Positions 37,279 through 47,891 of a DNA stretch of 64,000 nt are shown in pieces. The number at the start of each line of letters is the position of its first letter. Position 1 is the first letter of the stretch. The notes under the pieces were generated by a model. It saw nothing but the letters and a program-made list of their open reading frames with translations, had not been told where the DNA came from and did no database searches. Source of the stretch: a virus (lineage: Duplodnaviria > Caudoviricetes); the IMG/VR virus record IMGVR_UViG_3300017747_003445, positions 2,781 to 66,780 of that record. One strand, written 5' to 3'. A program made the translations under genes and the position numbers.

Positions 37279-37901
37279 GGTTGTATTTCTCCTAGTTTTT
37301 GATAGTATCTGTTTTCTATGAATGGTCGCCAGTCTATAAATTGACCGCCTATATCAGACATTCCTTCTTTCTGTGTGCAAAGTAACGGATATGTTATGTA
37401 AGTTTGCTGCATAGGTTGTATTTTTTCAACAATACAATTATCTATCGGAGCATATAGCCCTTGAATTAATATCTCTTTCATCCCTTGCAATGACAAAGCC
37501 CAAGCGTGGGTAGCGAAAGCCTTTTCTACTCTTAATAAATTAGGGGATGTTCTTGCTCTAAAACCGCCAGTAACCTGCGCTCCTAATAGTAATATATGCC
37601 AAGCTTCGGGTAGTTGTTTTACTACCTTTTCCATTGTTTCATTAGGGTTGCCACACGATTCAACAAACATTGCATCGTCTTCAAAAATTAATACTGAATC
37701 CCATTTGTTTTCAATTGCTTTTTCAAATATACCCTGCACTGTAAGGCGTAGTCCTTCTGCTCCTTTTTCATGCTTAATAGCATTAACTAGCTCATACGGA
37801 ATACTCCATTTATCTAATTCGCCGGCTATATCTAATAACCTATCAGTTCTTTCGGGTAAATTTATAACGAATATTTTCGTAAAAAAGTCTGTCCACGCCA
37901 T
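37275..37901 (-). CDS. GT25 glycosyltransferase
   Basis: 'FVINLPERTDR', 'LIFEDDA', 'ATHAWALS', 'PIDN'. Confidence 0.85.
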   Translation of the reverse strand: MAWTDFFTKIFVINLPERTDRLLDIAGELDKWSIPYELVNAIKHEKGAEGLRLTVQGIFEKAIENKWDSVLIFEDDAMFVESCGNPNETMEKVVKQLPEAWHILLLGAQVTGGFRARTSPNLLRVEKAFATHAWALSLQGMKEILIQGLYAPIDNCIVEKIQPMQQTYITYPLLCTQKEGMSDIGGQFIDWRPFIENRYYQKLGEIQP

Positions 37902-39949
37902 TATGCTATTTTTGTTTGTTTAAAAAAGTCTGTGATTTTAATTCTATCTTCTGATTTCTTAAAAATTGCTCGTTTAAAATAGTCAGCAACAAGCGTCCAC
38001 CCGCCTCCCATTACAAGGTCACTTACTTCGGTTTCATTCACATTAAATTTAAGAAGTCCATCGTACTTATCATCTATCAATTCCGGATATATCAATTTAC
38101 CTTCCTTGCCATGCGTTAAGATATACTGCTCCCATAGGTTTACCATAAGTGCTTTATTATCGGCATTAGGGTCAATACCATAATTTGCTTTATCAGGCAA
38201 TCTCATTAGAAATGCTTCACAGTTATTATCTATAAAAAATTTACGCAAACCCCCATCCATTTTAGCCTCTATCAACATTTGTCCGCCATAAGCAAAGCAT
38301 TGTAAAACCATATCCATATGAAATAACTCTACCATTCTAGGTCTTGCATGATACTTACTAACAAACATCATGTTATACACTGGGTCATTGTTACCTATGT
38401 CATATCTATTTAACACCAAGCTTGTGGCTTTAGAGCCTTCGCCATATTCGACAACTGAATTCTGAAACGGGTCACATCCCATAATAAATTGAACAGGATT
38501 TTTAGGTAAAAATAAAGACCCCCTAGTTATGTATGTTTCGCCTTCGGGTCGCTTAAAGTTTTTAGCTATAGTCCATCTACCATTCTCTTTTGTTGTAGGA
38601 TGCCATTCCGCCTCTGTAAAAGGTTTGCCATCTTTCCACATCCAATTGCCATATTCTAATACTTCCTTTTCGTTTATTTTAGATATTTCATACAAATCAT
38701 TCAGCAATACAGCATCAAAATGACAATTATTATTCCGAAGCATAAACATCTCCCTCTCATCAAAAGGGTTCATCCTTATCTCTTCCTCTAATTGTACGCT
38801 TTCTAAAATCTTTCTTTTCTCTTTTAAATATTCTTTTGCGCCTAATTTAATATCTTCTTCATTAAGGTCACCTGCGCCTACATAATTATCAACTAAAAAT
38901 TTATATTGCTCTTCGTTTGGCGGGTCAATGACACTCATCCCGTATCTATCTATAAAACCCAAGTACCCGTCATAAGCCGGAGAAAAATATTTAGCAAGTC
39001 TATTAGGAGTTTTTGAGTATTTAGTATGGTCTGCGTTATCCCAGACAATCTTAAATTCTTCTCCTCCACTAGTCATTGAATTGGATGTTGATGGACATTC
39101 TATAAATCCTACCCTTTTAGCACCCTTTACAAGTGTCTTGCTTACAATTGATATAAATGTCGAGAATGGGTTTTCTTTTGCCCATTTTCCGCCTTCATCA
39201 AACAATCCACGACTTAACCTTCCGGAGTCATAAGAGTTCAAGGAAGGCGCTCTGTAATCAATTTTAGACCTATGTCCGGTATCTGTGTCAATTGTACTTC
39301 CTTTTCCACCTTTTACTTCTACAGACTTATGCGCAAATACAAGTTCACTTACGCTGTCTTTGTTGTTTAATTGCTTTGGTTTTAAGAACACGGGCAATTG
39401 CCTATATCCAAAAGAAATCATATTTGTAAATGCAGCTTTGGCATCTATCTGCGTTTTGCTTGTTAATCCGCAAAAGCTATTTTTATAGAAGATACACTCA
39501 TAAACGATATTTGATGTCGCTTGCGAGGTTGCACCCTCTCTACGCTTTTTACCCCTAACAACACCTAAACACCAAGGAGTCTTCTCCCAATGGTCTAAAA
39601 ACAAAAAATAACGCCTATCCGCATCCCTAAAATCGCCATAAATATCATCTTCTAATTTCCACCATTGAAGATAAAAATAATGCTTACCTGTAAGAAAAGT
39701 TGGCACCCCATTGTTGTAGAACCAAAACCCTTTTCTACATCTATCTACCTCTCTTGCTGCAAATTCAGATTGCTCTAAATCCAATAGCGCATTACCTTCT
39801 TTATCATATTCTACCGATTCAAAAAATTTAGGCAATTCTTTTCTTCTCCAATACTGCTCACTAGCAATATCAGCTCCCCAATCTTCAATTTCATCAGGGA
39901 CGGGAGGTAGATTAATTTCTACCCCGTATATTTTTATTTTATCAGACAT
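37901..39949 (-). CDS. terL: Terminase large subunit
   Basis: ATPase 'KKRREGAT' and Walker B 'GLFDEGGK'; RNase H-like nuclease 'IMGCDPF…DLVMG'. Confidence 0.9.
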   Translation of the reverse strand: MSDKIKIYGVEINLPPVPDEIEDWGADIASEQYWRRKELPKFFESVEYDKEGNALLDLEQSEFAAREVDRCRKGFWFYNNGVPTFLTGKHYFYLQWWKLEDDIYGDFRDADRRYFLFLDHWEKTPWCLGVVRGKKRREGATSQATSNIVYECIFYKNSFCGLTSKTQIDAKAAFTNMISFGYRQLPVFLKPKQLNNKDSVSELVFAHKSVEVKGGKGSTIDTDTGHRSKIDYRAPSLNSYDSGRLSRGLFDEGGKWAKENPFSTFISIVSKTLVKGAKRVGFIECPSTSNSMTSGGEEFKIVWDNADHTKYSKTPNRLAKYFSPAYDGYLGFIDRYGMSVIDPPNEEQYKFLVDNYVGAGDLNEEDIKLGAKEYLKEKRKILESVQLEEEIRMNPFDEREMFMLRNNNCHFDAVLLNDLYEISKINEKEVLEYGNWMWKDGKPFTEAEWHPTTKENGRWTIAKNFKRPEGETYITRGSLFLPKNPVQFIMGCDPFQNSVVEYGEGSKATSLVLNRYDIGNNDPVYNMMFVSKYHARPRMVELFHMDMVLQCFAYGGQMLIEAKMDGGLRKFFIDNNCEAFLMRLPDKANYGIDPNADNKALMVNLWEQYILTHGKEGKLIYPELIDDKYDGLLKFNVNETEVSDLVMGGGWTLVADYFKRAIFKKSEDRIKITDFFKQTKIA

Positions 39950-40260
39950 TATCTTCTTGACTCTGCTATAGTTTCAACAAATGGTTTTTTGACTACATCT
40001 TTCTGCTCATCCCCAGTAACGCCCGCTGAAATGCCTAATTCCTTAATGGCTGCGGAAATACTAGCGCTGTCGTTCCAGATAACTTTTAGTCTTTCAAATG
40101 TTTTGTCTTTAGGGTCATCAAGTAACAAATTGCTTATATTGGTTTTATTCAATAAATCAGCCATCTCATTCGCCTTTCTATTTAAAGCGTAAAATAATTT
40201 GGCTGCGCCATTTTGTTCATAAAGTGAAAGTTTGTGTTTTAATTCTTCTAGTGTTTCCAT
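39949..40260 (-). CDS. Putative terminase small subunit
   Basis: Small helical protein directly upstream of and abutting terL; positional call only. Confidence 0.45.
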   Translation of the reverse strand: METLEELKHKLSLYEQNGAAKLFYALNRKANEMADLLNKTNISNLLLDDPKDKTFERLKVIWNDSASISAAIKELGISAGVTGDEQKDVVKKPFVETIAESRR

Positions 40261-40273
40261 GTTTTGTTTTTAG

Positions 40274-43200
40274 TTATTCTTCCTCATCTGCGTTGAATTC
40301 AGATTTAGCTTCTTTTGTTGCGGCTGATTTTGCTTTCATAATAGCCGCTGTAATATTTTCTGGTGTTGATTTTTTGATTGGTACATATTCTCCTGCTTCT
40401 GCATCATATATACCTTCTTCATACAACTCTTTCATTTTCTCTTCAATTAGCTCATCACGCAATTTAGCAAATTCCTTGAATTCACTCATAGTTATATCTT
40501 CTCTAATTGATTTAGGGTCTAATTCATCACTATTTTGCGCTCTTTGTATCATTTCTTCCATAGGCTTCATATTCTTATCAGAATAATAACTACCAAAACC
40601 TATTCCCAAAATATTTGGCATTAATACAGTTAATAAAGAAACCATCCCATCTTCTTTAAATGCATTGTAAACATCATCTGCATACATAGGATATATTTTG
40701 ACTATTTCCATTGGGTCAAAATCTTCACCTATTGTATTCTTTCCAACAAATGCATTTACTCCATAAGACCAGTTTGGAGCTAATTTATTTCTAAAAAATC
40801 TAACAGCACTGCTCAAAGCAAAATCACGAGATTTAGCAGTTTCAAAATTGCTTTTATTTTTATTAGCTGCATTAACTCCATATTCAAGTATTCTTAAAAA
40901 TGTTCTAATATACGAAGCTTGTCCAGCAGTAAAGTCATACACTTTCTTGCCAAATCTAACTTGTAAAAATTCAGGGTCATCAGGGTCCATTGATACAGCA
41001 CCGCCTGCTGCTGCCAAAGCTAATGTTGACATAATTACAGTAGAAGTATATGCTGCCATATCTTTCATTGCCATTTTTCTTACTTCTGGAGGCATTTTTG
41101 CATAGTAAACCGGATTTAAAGTATTGAAATTTGCTGCCATCAATCTAGCACCATAAAATATAGACCCAGCAGCTCGCTTCCCTTCAGGTGTTTCTAAAAT
41201 CTTTAACATATTGCCACTACCAGTACTATTCATTACAAATTTAGCCATTGCCTCATATTCTTTAGGGTCACTTTCTCTTGTAATGCCTCTACTTAATAAA
41301 AATTTCTTATTTTTTTGATAAAGCTCATATCGGGCGACATTCATAGAAGCATCAGCTATTCTTTGAGATGCAATCATTATATTTCTAATAATAGGTATTT
41401 TATAAACAATATTTCGAGGGTTTGTAAATTCATTTGTATTTTTAGAATCAATTGCATTTAATTCATTAAATCTAATACCATCTTTCACCATTTCTTTATA
41501 ATCAGGTGATTGCTCTATTCCATACATTAATCTATCATAATTCTTTTGACTAAATATGGATTGAGAGCCTGCATATATAAATTTTGAAGCAATATCCCAC
41601 TTTCTAGGATTTAATGTCAATTTTGCTAATTGTCTAAACCAAATAGAAGCATCAATAGAAGTTTGAACTATTCTCCTTATTCCCATTGTATTTTCTACAA
41701 AATCCCATGCTTTTTGCCACCATTTCAAGTTTCTTTTTTGCTCATTATATCTTTCTACAGCAAGTGCTTTTTCAAGCTCAATGACTTTATCCATTTTTTG
41801 CTTTGTCTTTTTAGACATCGTATATTTAGGAGTCTCTTTTGGTTCTTTATCGTAATTCTTATTTTTTAAATCACTTTCTAATTGTGCAATTTTTTTATCT
41901 AAAAATTTTTGTCTTTTTTCATTGTATTCAGTATCTGTTAAATTTTCTTTAAAAGCTTCTGTAACTCCTTCTTCTTCTAATTGTTTAACCTTATACAATC
42001 TCTTTACCTCTTTTATTTTATCTTCTAATTCCTGAATTCTTTTCCCTTTTTCTTGAATTTGGGCTTCAGATTTAGCTTCCTCTTGACCTAATCTTGCTTT
42101 TTCAAGTAACCCTAGCAATTCAGCCTCTCTGCGTAACATTCTAATTCCAGCACTTATGTCGTTAGCTGTTTTCTTTTTAAGATTATACTTACCTGCAATC
42201 ACATCTAATACATCTCTTTTTGTTAATCCTTCAATTAATCCAGAAAATTCTTTATGAACTTCGGTAACAATATCATCTAATTTAGAAACACCTTCAGCAA
42301 ATAAACTTTTAACATATTTATTCATATGAGGAGCTACTGCAAATAATTGAGGCAATCCCGGTGCAGAAACCATTAATCCGCCACCACCTTTATTAACTTT
42401 TTTTACGGCTTCTTTTGCAGCAGCTAATGCATCTTTTCTTTCTTTTACAAATTCTTCGTGAGATTTTTTAGCTTTTGTTTTACCCTCTTCTTTTAATTCC
42501 ATTTCAACTGATACTGCCAATTGTTCTATAATATCATTAGCAGCAGATTCTTGTAATTGTTCCTTTGCTTCTTGTATTTTTTCAAATCTAGCAGTTTCTT
42601 CTATCATCATTTTAGGAGTCAATGGATATCCCTTATCTTCTTGTCTACTTAATAAAAAGTTTGATAATGTGTTAGCTTCGTTAAGCTTTTTTATTATTTT
42701 TAAACTTTCTAACGCCTTACCAGTTTGAGATGCACTTTGTTGAAATATATCAGCAAATTCAGTAATCTTGGCTAATAATTCTGCTGAAGGATTATTTTTT
42801 AATTCCAAATCTAATGCAGCTCTATATTCAGCCATAAACGCATTTTCGTAATTAGTTAAAATCTTTCCTAATTTTATTTTATCATACAAAGATTCAACGC
42901 TTACGCCTTTTTTAATCATCTCTTGGGCTGCCTCTCTTAACATTTCATGAGTTTCAAGAGGTAATCCCTTGTATGGTGGAAGCCCAAGACTTTTTCTTAA
43001 TTCACCTATATCTGCTGCTGTTATTCTAACATAATCTACATCACCATTATCCAATCCTACATTTTCAATTTCTTCTGGGATTTCCGTAGTACTTTCGGGC
43101 TGTGTTGCTTCTGTGCCTTCACCCTCTCCGGTAGTTGTTTCCCCTTCGACTCTTGGTTCCATTCGTTTACGTCCACCCCCTGCTTCTCCAGTTTCTGCTT

Positions 43201-46200
43201 GTTCTGGTTGAAGTATTTCCTCTGTGCTTCGCTTTTGTACGGCATCTTTTATATTTTTAAATGTTGGCAAATCAAAGTCTGACTTTGCGATTTCAATTAA
43301 ATCCTGTTCTGTAAAATCAAGTTCATCTATCGCTTTTTTATCTTCTTCATTTTTTAAATTATCCTTTATGAAATTTTTTTTATTTTTAAAGCTTTTTATT
43401 CCTTTTAGCTTATCAACTGCTGCTACTTGCTCTTCTTGACTAACAATATCTGCAACTACTTTTTTAGAAAATTCATCTAATGTCATATTAGATATTTGTT
43501 CAGCAGTCATATTTCTAATTCCAAAATGAATTGCAATTGTATCCCATAAATCTTTTAACCATTGTTTAAAATCAGCTTTTTGTGCAGCAGTTACAAATTT
43601 TTCTCCATTATCACCTATAGCTTTTGCAAGAGCTTCTGATTTAAAATAATTTTCTCTTTCTAATTCAGGTAATTTAGATGCATTTTCTTGGTAAACTGGA
43701 TTATTCTTAACATCGGAAAGATATTTAGAACCTTCTATTTTACCCATTCCAGCATCATGCAAATCTTCTCTATTTTCTTTAGCCCAACTTAACCATAAAT
43801 GACCTGCTTCATGGAATGGAGTATTACCATTCATTACATCAGCATTTAATACAATTTTGCCATTTTGCTCAAAACCATAAATCGTTCCTGTAGCATCTGT
43901 CATCATATTAACACCACTAGGATGTTCAGAAGCTGGTTTAACTACTCCTTTAGCCATCCCAATTTGATTACTACCAAATTTACCCGCCCCTCCCCTTTTA
44001 TCTACAGCATTATTATTTGCATCATTTAATATATCTGTAACGTGTTGAGATTCTTTTAATACATTTAATACCGGTTTAACTTTATTGCCATTTTCATCAA
44101 ATTGTTGCAAATGAAATGGATAACTTTCATGACCTTCTTCTTTACCACTTAAATCAACAACTTTTACTGGATGTTTTATTTCAATAGTTGCATATGCTTC
44201 ACTATTTTTTACTCCAACGGTCATGTTGTCTGATAGTAAATGACCAATAGCATCAATTATACCTTCTTTAGCAAAACTAATCTCTCCTGTTTTTCTTTCT
44301 GTTGATTGTGGTAAAGCTTCAGTATTAAGTAATTCTCTTATTTTACCAATATTCTCTTTAGCGCTTTTACTATTTTTAGCTAAATGGTCAATAATATCTT
44401 GTACAAAAAAACCTCTTTTTGAAAATGTAGAATCATTTACACCAAAGAATTTTTTAGATATATCATCGTGAATAGCTTTAGCATCTAATCTACCATCAAA
44501 ATCTATATTATATTTTTTACCAACTTCAGTTAATGCTTTTCTAAAATCAGATAAAGAAACTAATTTTTTATCTACAAAATATTCTAAAACTTTCATTGCA
44601 GCTTTAGCACCTGTATGAGATGTTAAAGATTTTGATAAATCTCCTTTTGTAACAACAACATGAATTGTACCATTTCCACCAGCATCGATGTCCTTTTGTC
44701 TAGCTTCATTTATATATTTAGCTAAAGTATTAGCTGTAGCATTATCAGAAGATGCCCAAACATCACCAAATTTAGTAACAAAGTTTATACCACCATTACC
44801 ATCTACAATCGGTTTACCATTTTTTGTAATAACTTCTCCCGTAAGCATATTATCAGGATTAATAACTACTACTGGTTTCCCTTCTAATCCTTTTATGTCA
44901 AAATTTAATTTAACAGTACCATCATCAATTAATTTTTTCCATTGAGGTGATTCTTCAAATCCTTTTTTCTCAAACCCGCCCCAAGATTGCAAATTAGCCC
45001 CACCTGTTTTAATAGCATCTTCTAATGCTTTTGCAAAGTTTTTACCCTTTAAGACACTTATTTTAGCTTTATCACTTAATTTTTGAATACCCTTTCTTAT
45101 TTTATCAACTATAGGATTATATACCTCTTTTGGTATTTCAACAGGTTTTGTTTCTTCAGCTACTTCAGTTGGTTTATAAGCCAATAATTGGTCAGGAGTG
45201 TAACTCCTTAACATTTCAACAGAAGTGACTTCTACAGGTTCTTCATCTTGTTCTGTTACTGCAAATATTCTTTCTCCATTACTACGTCTTCTTTCAGCTT
45301 CTAATGTGCTTCCTATTGGTTCACCTTTTTCTTCTAAATCAAGTGGTATTTCTACTACTTCAACTGGCTCAACTTCTTCTTTTACTTCAACAACTGGTTC
45401 AACAACTGGTTCAACATTTTCTGTTGGTTGCATGGGTTCTTCAACAACTGTTGTTTCTACTTCTGCTTTAGGCTCATTTTTACTTTTTTCTTTCAAGTTT
45501 ATTTGATAAGCTATATCTTCAGCTATACTTCCTTTAAATGTTCTCTTTTTACCATCTGCTGTTTCCAAATTAACGGAAACTATATTTCCATTTTCATCTT
45601 TATTAATAGCTTTTAATGGATTTGAATATCTGTTTATGTAAGGCTTTTCTCTTACACTTATATTGCCTTTATCGTCAACTGCAACTAAAGACTCGTCATA
45701 TTTAATATCAAATTCTGACGCTGGTTTCTCTTGTATTTCATCCGCCTTACCTACTTCATATTTTTCTCCTGAAGCTTCATTCTTAAATACGATATTATCA
45801 CCTTCTTGCAAGAAAGTTCCTTTTTCGTTTTTGTATGTACCTTTTTTATCTACAATCTCGCCTATTGTAATATCCTTTTCTACAGGCGGATTTATGGCTT
45901 CTATAAAAGATGCTTCCGTACCCATCTCATCTTCAGCAATTTCTCCTGTTTCTTTGTACTTTTTTGCTCTTTTGTATAAATCAGACAAATAATTAGGGTC
46001 GCTATCTATTTTCTTATTAAACTCTTCAAATGAATTAGGAAAATCAAATTCTGGGTTGTTTGACTTAACACCATATAATATATCAAATTGCTCTACTCTT
46101 CTGCGTCTGTTTTCATCAACAGGAGCTTTCTTTCTGCTATCTTCTTTTTTAATTGCTTTAGCTAAATCATAACGAGCTTGACTTATTGGGGTCTTATCTC

Positions 46201-47851
46201 CATTTTCATCAACTTTATAATAGGTAGCTTCTTCTCCTTTTCTACCATCTCTTTTGATGTATCTTGGCTTCTTTCCTGTTGCAAGACCTTCTAAATAATC
46301 GCCTGTTTCATCTATTTTAGCTTGTATTAAATCAACTTGGTCTTGCTTTTCTTTTCTAAATATAGGGTCAACATCCATCATCTCTTCACGAGCTTTTTGC
46401 AAATCTTGTTGTAAGCTATTTCTTTGAGAAATACCACCTATAATTTTATACTTATCTTCTTTTGATACTGTTGTAGGTATCTTCCCTGCAATCTCTGCGT
46501 ATTGTTGCGCAGTAATGTTTGCTGCTTCTGCTTCTTCTGGGGTTAAGTTACCTTCTTCTACTTGCTTGTTGATTTGGTCTTGTATATTCTGCAAATCAGT
46601 GGTAACTTTTTTGTTACCTGTAGATTGACCAAACTCCTTTTCTGTTACTTCTTTATCATCAACATAAAACTTCTTTTCACCTGTTGCATTAGCAATCTCT
46701 TGTCTAATCGCCTTGTCAGTACTATTTAAGCCCTGTAAACCTGCTCCGGTTGCTCCGCCCATTGCAGCACCCATAATAGCATTATTAACAACATTTTTCC
46801 AAAAGTTTTTATTTATATCTTCTTCATTAAAAACTTCTTTTTCTGCTATTTTATTAGTTGCTACTTTTATAGCATCCGAAGCCGCTTGCTGAATGCCTTC
46901 TGTACTTCCTTCCACAAAAGCACTTTCTACTCCTTTTATACCTACATTTTTTAATTTAGTAGATAGTTTAGCTGCTTTTTTAACCATCTCATCTTGAACT
47001 TCTTTTGCAGTAGCTTTTATGCCTTTTTGAGCAAACCCTTCAATAACCTCTGCTGTAATTTTCTTTTCTATACTTTTAGCTAAACCTGTATTTTTTAATA
47101 TTTTATCTATAGAAAATTTTTCAAGAGCTGCTTGAGCTGCTGCTTGTGCAAATAAATATCCTACTTTTTGAACATCAGTTAATTTTTTACCTTGCCCGCT
47201 TTCTTCTAATTCTTTTGCATTGTCGTTAACTGATTGTTGAGCAAATGTTAAACCACCGGACATACTTCCTGCAGCCATTTCTAACAATGTTTTAGGCGCT
47301 TGAAACGCCAACCCTCTAACATCTTCCCAATCCACTCCACTCATCAAGCCTCCACCTTCTGTTGGGGTAACATCAAATTGACTTTGTTGTTGCTCAAATT
47401 CTTTACTTGACCTTGATGAACGAGCTTGCTCTATAAAATCAACGGCTTTCTTCCTATCTGCTTCTGCAGTTGCAACCCTTACATTTAAAGGCATATAAGG
47501 TTGAGCGCCAAGTATATCAGCCATATAGGTAAATCCGCCCGAAATTGATGCTAAACTTCCAACCAATGTATTATATACACCAGCTATATTGCTGCCTTTT
47601 ATCTTATCTTTCTGAATAGCTTTACCTATTGGACTTTTATATCCAATAGTAGCCACTTCTTCTCCTATATCAAATTTATCTTGAGATGGTAATGGTGTAA
47701 CCGAATATCCTGAAGGTGTAGCTTTTTTTTTTACACCAAACACCTCATCTGGAGTAGGTATTCTTTTTTTAGTTCCAAATACTTCGTCTGGAGTAGGTAT
47801 TCTTCTTTTAGGTTGCGCTTGGTCTTGGTCTTGTTCTATTTCTAAAGCCAT
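40274..47851 (-). CDS. Giant (2525 aa) virion ejection / polyvalent protein with zincin-like metallopeptidase motif
   Basis: Gly/Ala-rich hydrophobic helices near the N-terminus, long coiled coils, 'TPFHEAGHLW' HExxH motif (about 43799-43813), C-terminal hydrophobic segment. Confidence 0.7.
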   Translation of the reverse strand: MALEIEQDQDQAQPKRRIPTPDEVFGTKKRIPTPDEVFGVKKKATPSGYSVTPLPSQDKFDIGEEVATIGYKSPIGKAIQKDKIKGSNIAGVYNTLVGSLASISGGFTYMADILGAQPYMPLNVRVATAEADRKKAVDFIEQARSSRSSKEFEQQQSQFDVTPTEGGGLMSGVDWEDVRGLAFQAPKTLLEMAAGSMSGGLTFAQQSVNDNAKELEESGQGKKLTDVQKVGYLFAQAAAQAALEKFSIDKILKNTGLAKSIEKKITAEVIEGFAQKGIKATAKEVQDEMVKKAAKLSTKLKNVGIKGVESAFVEGSTEGIQQAASDAIKVATNKIAEKEVFNEEDINKNFWKNVVNNAIMGAAMGGATGAGLQGLNSTDKAIRQEIANATGEKKFYVDDKEVTEKEFGQSTGNKKVTTDLQNIQDQINKQVEEGNLTPEEAEAANITAQQYAEIAGKIPTTVSKEDKYKIIGGISQRNSLQQDLQKAREEMMDVDPIFRKEKQDQVDLIQAKIDETGDYLEGLATGKKPRYIKRDGRKGEEATYYKVDENGDKTPISQARYDLAKAIKKEDSRKKAPVDENRRRRVEQFDILYGVKSNNPEFDFPNSFEEFNKKIDSDPNYLSDLYKRAKKYKETGEIAEDEMGTEASFIEAINPPVEKDITIGEIVDKKGTYKNEKGTFLQEGDNIVFKNEASGEKYEVGKADEIQEKPASEFDIKYDESLVAVDDKGNISVREKPYINRYSNPLKAINKDENGNIVSVNLETADGKKRTFKGSIAEDIAYQINLKEKSKNEPKAEVETTVVEEPMQPTENVEPVVEPVVEVKEEVEPVEVVEIPLDLEEKGEPIGSTLEAERRRSNGERIFAVTEQDEEPVEVTSVEMLRSYTPDQLLAYKPTEVAEETKPVEIPKEVYNPIVDKIRKGIQKLSDKAKISVLKGKNFAKALEDAIKTGGANLQSWGGFEKKGFEESPQWKKLIDDGTVKLNFDIKGLEGKPVVVINPDNMLTGEVITKNGKPIVDGNGGINFVTKFGDVWASSDNATANTLAKYINEARQKDIDAGGNGTIHVVVTKGDLSKSLTSHTGAKAAMKVLEYFVDKKLVSLSDFRKALTEVGKKYNIDFDGRLDAKAIHDDISKKFFGVNDSTFSKRGFFVQDIIDHLAKNSKSAKENIGKIRELLNTEALPQSTERKTGEISFAKEGIIDAIGHLLSDNMTVGVKNSEAYATIEIKHPVKVVDLSGKEEGHESYPFHLQQFDENGNKVKPVLNVLKESQHVTDILNDANNNAVDKRGGAGKFGSNQIGMAKGVVKPASEHPSGVNMMTDATGTIYGFEQNGKIVLNADVMNGNTPFHEAGHLWLSWAKENREDLHDAGMGKIEGSKYLSDVKNNPVYQENASKLPELERENYFKSEALAKAIGDNGEKFVTAAQKADFKQWLKDLWDTIAIHFGIRNMTAEQISNMTLDEFSKKVVADIVSQEEQVAAVDKLKGIKSFKNKKNFIKDNLKNEEDKKAIDELDFTEQDLIEIAKSDFDLPTFKNIKDAVQKRSTEEILQPEQAETGEAGGGRKRMEPRVEGETTTGEGEGTEATQPESTTEIPEEIENVGLDNGDVDYVRITAADIGELRKSLGLPPYKGLPLETHEMLREAAQEMIKKGVSVESLYDKIKLGKILTNYENAFMAEYRAALDLELKNNPSAELLAKITEFADIFQQSASQTGKALESLKIIKKLNEANTLSNFLLSRQEDKGYPLTPKMMIEETARFEKIQEAKEQLQESAANDIIEQLAVSVEMELKEEGKTKAKKSHEEFVKERKDALAAAKEAVKKVNKGGGGLMVSAPGLPQLFAVAPHMNKYVKSLFAEGVSKLDDIVTEVHKEFSGLIEGLTKRDVLDVIAGKYNLKKKTANDISAGIRMLRREAELLGLLEKARLGQEEAKSEAQIQEKGKRIQELEDKIKEVKRLYKVKQLEEEGVTEAFKENLTDTEYNEKRQKFLDKKIAQLESDLKNKNYDKEPKETPKYTMSKKTKQKMDKVIELEKALAVERYNEQKRNLKWWQKAWDFVENTMGIRRIVQTSIDASIWFRQLAKLTLNPRKWDIASKFIYAGSQSIFSQKNYDRLMYGIEQSPDYKEMVKDGIRFNELNAIDSKNTNEFTNPRNIVYKIPIIRNIMIASQRIADASMNVARYELYQKNKKFLLSRGITRESDPKEYEAMAKFVMNSTGSGNMLKILETPEGKRAAGSIFYGARLMAANFNTLNPVYYAKMPPEVRKMAMKDMAAYTSTVIMSTLALAAAGGAVSMDPDDPEFLQVRFGKKVYDFTAGQASYIRTFLRILEYGVNAANKNKSNFETAKSRDFALSSAVRFFRNKLAPNWSYGVNAFVGKNTIGEDFDPMEIVKIYPMYADDVYNAFKEDGMVSLLTVLMPNILGIGFGSYYSDKNMKPMEEMIQRAQNSDELDPKSIREDITMSEFKEFAKLRDELIEEKMKELYEEGIYDAEAGEYVPIKKSTPENITAAIMKAKSAATKEAKSEFNADEEE

Positions 47852-47891
47852 TATTTCGGTTTTTCAAATATACAAAATATTATTTTCCCTT

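Noticed and set aside
40274-47851. crAss-type virion RNA polymerase
   Set aside because: No DxDxD catalytic motif found on reading the translation; an HExxH motif is present instead.
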